From assembly GCF_000014265.1 (NCBI RefSeq), contig NC_008312.1, positions 5,610,001 to 5,642,000 on the forward strand: a DNA stretch of 32,000 bases, read 5' to 3'. This document shows, piece after piece, positions 18,467 to 26,192 of this stretch. Each line of letters opens with the position of its first letter. Position 1 is the first letter of the stretch. The translations under genes and the position numbers were made by a program. Source of the stretch: Trichodesmium erythraeum IMS101. Its GTDB lineage: Bacteria > Cyanobacteriota > Cyanobacteriia > Cyanobacteriales > Microcoleaceae. A model generated the notes under the pieces. It was not told the DNA's origin, searched no databases, and saw nothing but the letters and a program-made list of their open reading frames with translations.

Positions 18467-20566
18467 ATGAATCTGCGTAAAGGTGAAATATTACAATTAT
18501 ATCAACGAGGTAAACGAGAATTTCAAGGGTTTAATCTTAGAGGTCTATCTTTTGAAGGAAAAAATTTGTCTGATGCAGATTTCAGTTTTGCTGATATTCG
18601 AGGTACTAATTTTCGTGGGGCCAATCTAACTGGGGCTAGGTTTTGTGGAGCTAAGGCAGGATTACAGAAACGTTGGGTTGTAGTTTTGCTGATCGGTGTT
18701 TTTATTTTAGTTGGTATATCGGCTTTTTTGAGTGTATTCACCTTATCCCTGATATCACTAATTTTTGATTCTAGTAGCATAGAAAATCAAGTTACTGGTT
18801 GGGTATCCTTAATTGTATTTATTGTATTCTGGATAATGCTTTTTTATAACAGAATAGAAAACGTAGCCGTAGCCGGAGCCGTAGCCGGAGCCGTAGCCGT
18901 AGCCGTAGCCGTAGCCGTAGCCGTAGCCGTAGCCGTAGCCGTAGCCGTAGCCGTAGCCGGAGCCGTAGCCGGAGCCGTAGCCGTAGCCGTAGCCGTAGCC
19001 GTAGCCGTAGCCGTAGCCGGAGCCGTAGCCGGAGCCGTAGCCGGAGCCGGAGCCGTAGCCGTAGCCGTAGCCGTAGCCGTAGTTCAGACAATGTTAAGTA
19101 TTTATATTGCTTATCGAGCAATGAAAGGAGATGAAAAATACGCTTTAGTTCGCAATATAGCTATTGTTTTTGCTGCCTCATATGGAACCTCTTTCAGAGA
19201 TGCAAATTTAACTGATGCTGACTTCACTAATGCTACTCTCAAAAGTACAGATTTTAGAGGCTCTAACATAACCCGTACTTCTTGGAAAAACACGATCAAA
19301 CTAGACCGCATACGACCAGGGAAAACTTATCTAAAAGATACCAAAATCAGAGAATTAGTCAAAACTGGTGAAGGTGAAAATATCAACTTAGATCGCTCCA
19401 TCCTCCAAGGAATTAATCTTCAAGGAGCAAACCTAACTAATGCCAGTTTCATAGAAGCAAATCTCAACTCAGCCAACCTTCAAGATGCAAACCTGACTCG
19501 TGCCAAATTAGTAGGAACATTTTTAGACCAAGCTGACTTAACTGGAGGCACCCTAACGGGAGCATTTCTTGAAGATTGGGGAATAACCACCACCACAAAA
19601 CTAAATGGTATCAAATGCGATTATGTTTATATGCGTTTGCCTCCAGAAAAACGACCTGACTTTCTCAAACTTCCACCAAAAGATGCTCAAAAAGATAATC
19701 CTCTCCGTGAACCTGCTGACTGGAACAAGAACTTTAAAGAAGGAGAATTTATTGACTTTATCACCCCAATGATAGAAACCCTCAACTTTTATCATGCAGA
19801 AAAAGCCGACCCTAAGTTAATTGCCTATTCATTTCAGAAATTGCAAAACAACTATCCAGAAGCAGAATTAGAAGTGATTTCTATGGAAAGGCGAGGGAAA
19901 AACCGTCAGGACTTATTAGTAAAAGCTGAAACCGCACCAGCAGCAGACCATTCAAAATTACACGCAGAATATTTTGAGACTTATGACAGACTAGAAGCAC
20001 TTCCACCAAATGAATTACAACTAATATTAGCAGAAAAAGATAAACAAATAAAACGATTAGCAGCTTGGGTCGATACTGTGATAAAATCCCCAAGTATATA
20101 TGCAGAAAATTATCATAATCAAGGAGACACAAAAATGTCAGAAAATACTGGAGATAAAGTTGATATAAATGAAAATTATGGGGTGGTTGGTAAAGAAGGA
20201 GAAATTCATGGTGCAGTTGGGAACAAAGGAGAAATTTATGGTTTAGCTGGTAGTCAAGGAGAAATTAACAACTCAAAAATTGCTCGAACAATTAATGAAT
20301 CTCCAGAACAAAATTTAGCACAAGCAGCAAAAGATATTCAAGAATTATTAGAACAACTAGATCAAACTTACCCCTCAGATACAACAATGGACAGAATGAA
20401 AATTGCCACAGAAGTAATTACACAAATTAATAACAATTCAACAAAGAAAGAAAGAATATTTGCTGCTATTAAAGCAGGTGGAATTGCTGCTTTTGAACAA
20501 TTACTTAATCATCCTGCTAGTAGCTTTGTAATTGCGGCTTTAGAAGATTGGCAAAAGACTAAATAA
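18467..20566 (+). CDS. Membrane pentapeptide-repeat protein with an internal (Val-Ala/Gly-Ala) low-complexity array
   Basis: Pentapeptide repeats run at both ends of a hydrophobic core (LSDADFSFADIRGTNFRGANLTGARF; ANLTNASFIEANLNSANLQDANLTRAKLVG). Two predicted TM helices lie at about aa 70-125. The CDYVYMRLPPEKRP block and the helical C-terminal module (NLAQAAKDIQELLEQL...AALEDWQ) recall a family common in filamentous cyanobacteria. Confidence 0.88.
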   Translation: MNLRKGEILQLYQRGKREFQGFNLRGLSFEGKNLSDADFSFADIRGTNFRGANLTGARFCGAKAGLQKRWVVVLLIGVFILVGISAFLSVFTLSLISLIFDSSSIENQVTGWVSLIVFIVFWIMLFYNRIENVAVAGAVAGAVAVAVAVAVAVAVAVAVAVAVAGAVAGAVAVAVAVAVAVAVAGAVAGAVAGAGAVAVAVAVAVVQTMLSIYIAYRAMKGDEKYALVRNIAIVFAASYGTSFRDANLTDADFTNATLKSTDFRGSNITRTSWKNTIKLDRIRPGKTYLKDTKIRELVKTGEGENINLDRSILQGINLQGANLTNASFIEANLNSANLQDANLTRAKLVGTFLDQADLTGGTLTGAFLEDWGITTTTKLNGIKCDYVYMRLPPEKRPDFLKLPPKDAQKDNPLREPADWNKNFKEGEFIDFITPMIETLNFYHAEKADPKLIAYSFQKLQNNYPEAELEVISMERRGKNRQDLLVKAETAPAADHSKLHAEYFETYDRLEALPPNELQLILAEKDKQIKRLAAWVDTVIKSPSIYAENYHNQGDTKMSENTGDKVDINENYGVVGKEGEIHGAVGNKGEIYGLAGSQGEINNSKIARTINESPEQNLAQAAKDIQELLEQLDQTYPSDTTMDRMKIATEVITQINNNSTKKERIFAAIKAGGIAAFEQLLNHPASSFVIAALEDWQKTK
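18863..19082 (+). repeat. Hexanucleotide microsatellite of 36 units (28 GTAGCC + 8 GGAGCC), in frame within the pentapeptide-repeat CDS
   Basis: Counted unit by unit from 18863. The only polymorphism is T/G at unit position 2. The order is V V G V G V(x11) G V G V(x7) G V G V G G V(x4), where V is GTAGCC and G is GGAGCC. It ends in a partial GTAGTT unit. Confidence 0.95.
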
Positions 20567-20799
20567 ATTAAATAATTTGAATAGTTTTTATCTCTTATGA
20601 TTTGAGAGAAACTTATATATTTTACTATGGAAAATAAGGCTCTTCTATCATTATTAGGAAAAATTCTCAGAGACTGTTTCTGAGATAAATATTAAATCCA
20701 GGAGTAGTAAACTGTACTAGCCTACTACGAAATTATTATCTTGTGAGCTTCTTGTCAAAATCAAAAACTTACAAGAACTAGCTATGATTAGTTCTTAAG

Positions 20800-20873
20800 G
20801 GCGAACGATGGGAATCGAACCCACGAGTGGTGGAACCACAATCCACTGCCTTAACCACTTGGCTACGCTCGCC
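20800..20873 (-). tRNA. tRNA-His (GTG anticodon) with encoded G-1; CCA not encoded
   Basis: The minus strand folds by hand into a cloverleaf. It reads G(-1)GCGAGCG-TA-GCC-AAGTGGTTAA-GGC-A-GTGGA-TTGTGGT-TCCAC-CACTC-GTGGG-TTCGATT-CCCAT-CGTTCGC-C. The anticodon loop TTGTGGT gives GTG. The 8-bp acceptor stem with G-1:C73 is the tRNA-His hallmark. Confidence 0.9.
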
Positions 20874-20899
20874 ATAATATTTTTTTTCTCTAGTCTAGT

Positions 20900-20929
20900 A
20901 AGGTAGCATTACTAAGTTATATTTGTCAA
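20900..20929 (-). promoter_or_regulatory. Putative promoter of tRNA-His
   Basis: On the minus strand, TTGACA (20929-20924), an 18-nt spacer, then TACCTT (20905-20900). The -10 element ends about 27 nt upstream of the mature tRNA 5' end. Confidence 0.3.
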
Positions 20930-20968
20930 CCCCTAGCCCAAAATATCCAGTCTAAAACTGACCCCTGA

Positions 20969-21685
20969 ATGAGTTATTGTATTAATCCTGAATTTCCTCA
21001 GCCGAAAAACGCTGATACAGTAAGCAATTGCCAGGGTTGCTATTTTCCCCTGGTTATCCAGGGAGACTATCGTGTCTTCAAAAAATTTGGTTAGGAAGCT
21101 TGGTTAAAAGATTTTTGGCTATAAACAAAAAAAACATTTTCTCGAGCTCCAATATATTCTGAAGCAAATATAATTTTCGACTCTGGAGGCCCAAAGCTAT
21201 CAGACAATAGCTAGATTATTGGAGCTTTCAGTAATGCGACTATTACAGTTGGGGCAGTATCCGCAAATTCCTCTATTTTTAGCTAATTTCTAATACAATC
21301 AAAATTCGTATTTAGTGCAAGAATATATTCAAGGTCTAAGATTAAAGTAAAAATTACAAGAATAAGGTCTTTTAAAAGAAGAATAAATATGGCAAATTTT
21401 GCAAGAGTTACTGCCAATATTAAAATTGATTTATCAAGTTCAAGTTATGCATGGGGATATTTAACTAAAAAATATTATTAGTCGTATTTTTCTAGCTATT
21501 AACTATCAAAAACCACCCCACCTATCAAGAGAAAATTAAGGAGTGGAAAAGTTAGAAAAAGTGGAAAAACTGTATTAATTAATTTTGGCGTGGCGAAGTT
21601 GCTGACCGGTACTGCTTTAACTTCCACTGGCACTATTATTAGTAGTCCCGAATATATGGCACCAGATGAAATAAGGGGGGCTTGA
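20969..21685 (+). pseudogene. Ser/Thr protein kinase pseudogene (N-terminal Cys-rich motif plus a decayed kinase domain)
   Basis: MSYCINPEFPQPKNADTVSNCQGC...DYRVFKKFG* resembles the CINPxCP...C..C N-terminus and the start of the Gly-rich loop in cyanobacterial kinases. Later fragments are LQLGQYPQIPLFLANF (cf. LGxHPQIPxLxAxF) and GKTVLINFGVAKLLTGTALTSTGTIISSPEYMAPDEIRGA* (DFG-to-APE activation segment). It has multiple stops and deletions. Confidence 0.6.
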
Positions 21686-21748
21686 CAGTCAAATAAAAAC
21701 TAACTATACTTATTTAAAGTTATATATAAATAGTGATATTATAATAGT

Positions 21749-22354
21749 ATGAGTAATTTATTAAGTATACAAGAAGCTGCACATTTATTGGGAGTGAGTT
21801 CAAACACGCTTCGTAGATGGGAAGCAGAAGGCAAAATTACCTCTGAGCGAACCATTGGTGGGCATCGCCGTTATCAAGTAAGTGATTTACTTAACCATAA
21901 AACTGATGCGAGCCTTACCATTGCTTATGCTAGAGTTAGTGGTCGCGACCAGAAAAAAGAGCTAGAACGCCAAATTATGATGTTAGAGGTTTATTGTACA
22001 AACCATGGTTGGAGCCACGAAATAATTTCTGACTTAGGCTCTGGTATAAATTACCGGAAAAAAGGCTTAATTAAGCTACTTAAGTTAATAACTACTTACC
22101 AAGTTGAACGTTTGGTGTTATCCCACAAAGATAGGTTACTGAGATTTGGTGGTGAATTAATATTCTCTCTTTGTGAGCAATTTGGAGTAGAAGTAGTTAT
22201 AATTAATCATTCAGAAAACTCAACTTGTGAAGAAGATTTAACTAATGATATGTTAGAAATAATTACAATATTTTCAGCTAGATTATATGGTTCCAGGAGC
22301 AACAAAAATAAACAAATTATTGAAGAACTAAAAAATATTGCATCGAAGCTTTAA
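21749..22354 (+). CDS. tnpA: IS607-family serine recombinase/transposase TnpA (MerR-like HTH plus resolvase catalytic domain)
   Basis: N-terminal HTH LSIQEAAHLLGVSSNTLRRWEAEGKI. Catalytic-serine motif IAYARVSGRDQKKELERQ. Further blocks SDLGSGINYRKKGLIKLLKL, HKDRLLRFG and IITIFSARLYGSRS. Together these are the characteristic IS607 TnpA layout. Confidence 0.88.
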   Translation: MSNLLSIQEAAHLLGVSSNTLRRWEAEGKITSERTIGGHRRYQVSDLLNHKTDASLTIAYARVSGRDQKKELERQIMMLEVYCTNHGWSHEIISDLGSGINYRKKGLIKLLKLITTYQVERLVLSHKDRLLRFGGELIFSLCEQFGVEVVIINHSENSTCEEDLTNDMLEIITIFSARLYGSRSNKNKQIIEELKNIASKL

Positions 22355-22487
22355 AACTAGGTTAAAATTTAAGTTAAAATTTAATAAGCAACTAGTTGCA
22401 GGTCATGCTTATAACTGGGGATTAGCCATTTGTATTTTGATTGATGCATCAACTGAAAATATGTCTATTAACTATCAGCTTGCATAA
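22353..22487 (+). pseudogene. Truncated tnpB remnant (only about 44 N-terminal codons)
   Basis: Translation KTRLKFKLKFNKQLVAGHAYNWGLAICI resembles a TnpB N-terminus (KFRLxPNxxQ...G..R..YNW.L) with an internal deletion. It stops at 22485-22487. A full TnpB would be about 400 aa. Confidence 0.45.
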
Positions 22488-22782
22488 ATGTTTGATGACT
22501 TAAATTAAAAGCCAAAACTCCTGGTATTATAAGGTGGCTGGGTAGGTGCCTCTAAATAAGCATTTGGTTATGGGAGAAGAACCACTTAATTTTTTTTTAC
22601 TATACTGTAAAGTGGATTTTCGTCTGTTTAATAAAAAAGAGAAAAAAGATAGTTTATATTTAGAAATAAGTCTGAATATTATTCAAGATAATTATATTAA
22701 ATTATCCATAATAGGAAGAGAAATAGTCAAAAATTATAAAGTATTACTGTCAGTTACTAAAATTTTTCAGAGGATTAAAAAT

Positions 22783-23388
22783 ATGTATAAAAATCTGGAA
22801 GTAGACCATATTTTTAGAATAGTTGAAGACGATGGGGAGGCGATAAATAAAATATTATCGCTGGGGTTTTCTGCTTCTGAAATTAGGGAGCATACTGGAC
22901 AAGGAACCAGTTCAAGGTTTATTTTTTTTGAGAAGAATTATTTAGAATTAATCTATCTTAGAAGTAGAGAAGAATCCGAAAATAACTTTGTTAAATTTCA
23001 TGAAAGGGTGGATAGTTTCAGAAATAAATCTGGTTCCCCTTATGGAATAGGATTTAGAGGTAAGCTTTCAGAAATAGAGAAAAATGATTTTGAGTTTTAT
23101 CAACCTCAATACAATTTATCCGGTAAAAGTTTTGCTATCTATATGCACAGTTCCTATTTCACAAATCCAGAAATGCCTGCGATATTTTTCCTGGAAGTAA
23201 ATAACAGTACAAAAGAAGATTTTTATCCTATAAATAAGGGTGTTTCTTGTGAAAAATATATGCCTTTAAATAAATTTACTGATGTAAAATTAATTTCTCC
23301 AATATTAAAAGAAGAGTCTTTTGGAAATTTTGAAATCCAGAAAGGGGATGAGGAAAAATTACTAATTAACGGTAAATTTGCATTTTAA
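22783..23388 (+). CDS. Glyoxalase-like (VOC superfamily) domain protein
   Basis: From the ATG at 22783: MYKNLEVDHIFRIVEDDGEAINKILSLGFSASEIREHTGQGTSSRFIFFEKNYLELIY. This matches the glyoxalase-like pattern (DH-hydrophobic ... GF ... H.G.GT.N..i.F...YLELI). The 79 upstream codons in the ORF track are Lys/Ile-rich and probably not part of this gene. Confidence 0.55.
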   Translation: MYKNLEVDHIFRIVEDDGEAINKILSLGFSASEIREHTGQGTSSRFIFFEKNYLELIYLRSREESENNFVKFHERVDSFRNKSGSPYGIGFRGKLSEIEKNDFEFYQPQYNLSGKSFAIYMHSSYFTNPEMPAIFFLEVNNSTKEDFYPINKGVSCEKYMPLNKFTDVKLISPILKEESFGNFEIQKGDEEKLLINGKFAF

Positions 23389-23960
23389 TAATTAATTATC
23401 AGCAAGATTAGTTGATATGTTATAATTATAATGTTTCTAATAGCTTGGCTACTTGATGTCAAGAATTATAATTTTGAGTAATATGATATTCAGTAGAACA
23501 ATTATAATAAAGCTCCTATTTTAGCCTGATTCCTAACATAAATATTGGTTGGGCCTAAGCCCAATTACAAATAAAAAATTTATAAGATGAGGGAGTTTTT
23601 GTTTGCTTTATCAATCTTATATATGTATATATAGTAATCCTAAATTATTCGTGAAAATTACTAGTTTTATTGAAAAATAGCTCCAACCACTTTGACTTTT
23701 GGTTTCTTTCTTCAAGATAAGTATTTTCTAGTTGCCTATCTCTTTGATTTTTCAGATAGGATTACTATAATAAGCTATAGTTTTGATTGACTATTTATTT
23801 AACCAATATATTAAAAATATCTCAGTTTTCCCACTGCCATCTACAAATATTCCTCCATATTTATCCATATTAATCAGTATATCTGTAGGCAAACTCTTGT
23901 GTTTTATTCCTCTAAAAATCATCTTTTCAAGTTTCAATGAATAAATTTTATAGCGCTATT

Positions 23961-25853
23961 CTACCGAATTTTCACTAGTTGATTTTGTGAATTTACAGTA
24001 GCATAACTCATCCTTAAATGTTCATCTTTTGTTAGTTTCCCAATTTCATCTACTACAAAACTAGGCACATTAACTTCTGATCCTTTTGCTAAGCAACAGT
24101 CTCTAACTGCCAACAAAAAGCCTTGAATTTTTTCGTGACCCAACTTTTCTTCGGCTGTTACCAGGAATTCCTGCCACTTTTCGTGATCATCCTTATTCTC
24201 CTTGAGCAAATATAGTGCAGCCAGATATTCTGCTAAGGGTTCGAGGGTAAAGCGAATTTGGTTTCTGTCTTGAATTTCACCATATCCAATAGGCCTAAGC
24301 AGTTGCAATTGTTTCTGAAAGTACTCAAGACATAGTACTGCATCATCTCTCCCTAACTGCTCAAAAGCTTTAACTACTTTTTCCCGTTCTATATAGGATG
24401 GTCTATAATTTTGCTCCACACATTTCCAAGCAATGAGTTGAGCATCCTCTGTAACTTTAGGATATTCACTCCTAGTCTCTATTTCACCTTTAGCGTTTAA
24501 CTTTTGTAAGTGCTTAAGCATGAGATCGGGAATATTGTCGAGTGAAGGCTTCAAGGTAAAATTATTCTCCTTACTATTAACCATTTTTTCAGCATAAAAC
24601 TTTGCTAACAAAGGAGTAATAGTCTTTTGGTTCTTAAAAGTGCCTGCAAGTTGAGCGCATTCTTGCAAAAATTCTTCTTGATCTGCTTCAAACAAATGCC
24701 ATTTACCGCACTTCTTCAAATACTCCTTGAGAAAGTGAACCAACTTTTCACCATCAAACCGGTTCGTCTTAATTTTGGCATCAATACCCAAGAACTTTTC
24801 CTCTATTCTAGAAACAAAAACCAAAGCATTTGCCGGAAATTCTTTGTCATCAGGATTAATTTTTTCTTGAGTTTCTGGGCTCATCTCTGAATAACGATCT
24901 ACTATCAAGAAAATTCGGCGCTTTCGCAAGAGTTGTTCAATTAAGAATTGATCTGCTATTTTTTCCTTGTCGCTCAACTCCTGAATTTCGCTCAAAATTG
25001 TTTCTATTATCGGTATGGTATCATCATCTTCAGTCTGATCAATTTCCCGGTTAATTAAAACTGGTAACATCAAATGTTTATGTACGGCTTGATCTTTTTC
25101 CGGCTTTTTCATTGCCCATTTAGCAATTTGACAAGCAATAGTTGTTTTTCCTGAGCCTCCCTCGCCCCAAATTAACAGTCGCATTCGCTTTTCTTGGTGA
25201 TAAGAATTAATCAAGGTTTCCCATGTGAGTTCTTCAATTTCTGTACCATTTAATTGAACAGGAAGAGGAACATAATTTTTTTGCTCATTAACAATAGATT
25301 TTTCTAGAAACTTTTTTTGCCAAGTTGCCAGATGTTTATTAACCCAAGCATCTAGTACCCTAGAGTTATACTTGAGAAAGGATAAGAGACCACCAAGTAG
25401 TTTAATTTCTGGATTTAATGGTGTTTTCGGTATCTTCAAATGGTTAGGTAGTAATAATAACATTGTGGGGCGCAACCAGAAAACTGGCAAATATATTATG
25501 ATCAGTAAAAGGATTAAAATTAGTAACTTAATCTGTTTGACAGCAAAATTTATTATTTCTAAACTTTCCTGTTGGAGATCCTCTCTAATAATTTTGAATC
25601 TAGAGTTTACACTAGTTTCTGAATCTTCCTGTGTTTTTTGTTCGGTGGGTTGAGTTGTATTGTTTTCCTCAAGGTTAGCAGTAAGGTTAGGGTTGGTCTT
25701 AACATTTTCTTGAGCAAATACTAGGCTATTAATTTGCTTATTGCCTGGATATACTGAAGAAAAACTTGTTGCCATGAAAGATAATGTATATGAAGTAGAT
25801 AAGAGTGCTATTTTGAGCACAGCTAATAAGGTATGTTTAGGTGGTGTGGTCAT
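23961..25853 (-). CDS. Membrane-anchored STAND (NACHT-like) P-loop NTPase
   Basis: Walker A LLIWGEGGSGKTTIACQIA and Walker B RRIFLIVDRYSEM, followed by ALVFVSR (the hhhTSR-like sensor motif of NACHT). Two N-terminal hydrophobic segments (HTLLAVLKIALLSTSYTLSF; IKLLILILLLIIIYLPVFWL) flank an Asn/Thr/Gln/Glu-rich loop. The C-terminal ~250 aa are helical without obvious repeats. I prefer the ATG at 25853 as the start; the ORF track begins at the GTG at 25943. Confidence 0.8.
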   Translation of the reverse strand: MTTPPKHTLLAVLKIALLSTSYTLSFMATSFSSVYPGNKQINSLVFAQENVKTNPNLTANLEENNTTQPTEQKTQEDSETSVNSRFKIIREDLQQESLEIINFAVKQIKLLILILLLIIIYLPVFWLRPTMLLLLPNHLKIPKTPLNPEIKLLGGLLSFLKYNSRVLDAWVNKHLATWQKKFLEKSIVNEQKNYVPLPVQLNGTEIEELTWETLINSYHQEKRMRLLIWGEGGSGKTTIACQIAKWAMKKPEKDQAVHKHLMLPVLINREIDQTEDDDTIPIIETILSEIQELSDKEKIADQFLIEQLLRKRRIFLIVDRYSEMSPETQEKINPDDKEFPANALVFVSRIEEKFLGIDAKIKTNRFDGEKLVHFLKEYLKKCGKWHLFEADQEEFLQECAQLAGTFKNQKTITPLLAKFYAEKMVNSKENNFTLKPSLDNIPDLMLKHLQKLNAKGEIETRSEYPKVTEDAQLIAWKCVEQNYRPSYIEREKVVKAFEQLGRDDAVLCLEYFQKQLQLLRPIGYGEIQDRNQIRFTLEPLAEYLAALYLLKENKDDHEKWQEFLVTAEEKLGHEKIQGFLLAVRDCCLAKGSEVNVPSFVVDEIGKLTKDEHLRMSYATVNSQNQLVKIR

Positions 25854-26192
25854 GAAATCAAATAGATCAAAGAAAACTTTTACTAGTATATTATAACACA
25901 TATTAGCTGTAAGTGAATACGTACAAAGAGATCCCGTTACCACGGAAATTTAAGGCAGCTTGCTCTGTTTTGTTCTTTCTCAATGTCTAGTTTTAGAAGA
26001 AAATAGTCTTATAGCTTACTATGAAAAACTTTGGTGTTCCTAACCTAACTTTTGGGTAGGGTAAGGGGCGGAGTCACTTTTTACCTCCGGCTCCGGTCCC
26101 TTCTACCTCCTATTTTTTGCCTCCTACTTCCTGCCTTCTGGCTTCTGTTTTTTTTGTTGGGTTGCATGTCACTTGGTGACCTATAAAATTAG

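Larger units (their letters stand above)
21749..22487 (+). mobile_element. IS607-family element remnant (intact-looking tnpA plus a truncated tnpB). The true ends are not determinable because the family lacks terminal inverted repeats.
   Basis: See the two component features. The element begins within about 60 nt of the point where the kinase-derived reading frame stops (21685). Confidence 0.7.

Noticed and set aside
18863-19082. Possible CRISPR array
   Set aside because: The units are 6 nt with no spacers. This is a simple coding microsatellite.
18819-19121. 100-aa antisense ORF encoding (RL)n
   Set aside because: It is purely the reverse-complement reading of the GTAGCC/GGAGCC microsatellite. 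The repeat is stop-free in five frames. The + strand frame is continuous with a long pentapeptide-repeat protein on both sides.
20700-20873. tRNA-His as the attachment site of an intact integrative element
   Set aside because: No tyrosine or serine integrase lies adjacent to the tRNA 3' end, and I could not find a direct repeat of the tRNA 3' segment elsewhere in the window.
22546-22782. N-terminal 79 codons of ORF 22546-23388
   Set aside because: This part is Lys/Ile/Phe-rich, begins with a non-ATG codon and partly resembles the tail of the disrupted kinase. The glyoxalase-like domain begins right after the internal ATG at 22783.
25854-25943. GTG-initiated N-terminal extension of the NACHT ORF
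   Set aside because: The ATG at 25853 is followed directly by a signal/TM-like segment. The extension (VTGSLCTYSLTANMCYNILVKVFFDLFDF) has no support. It is kept only as an alternative start.
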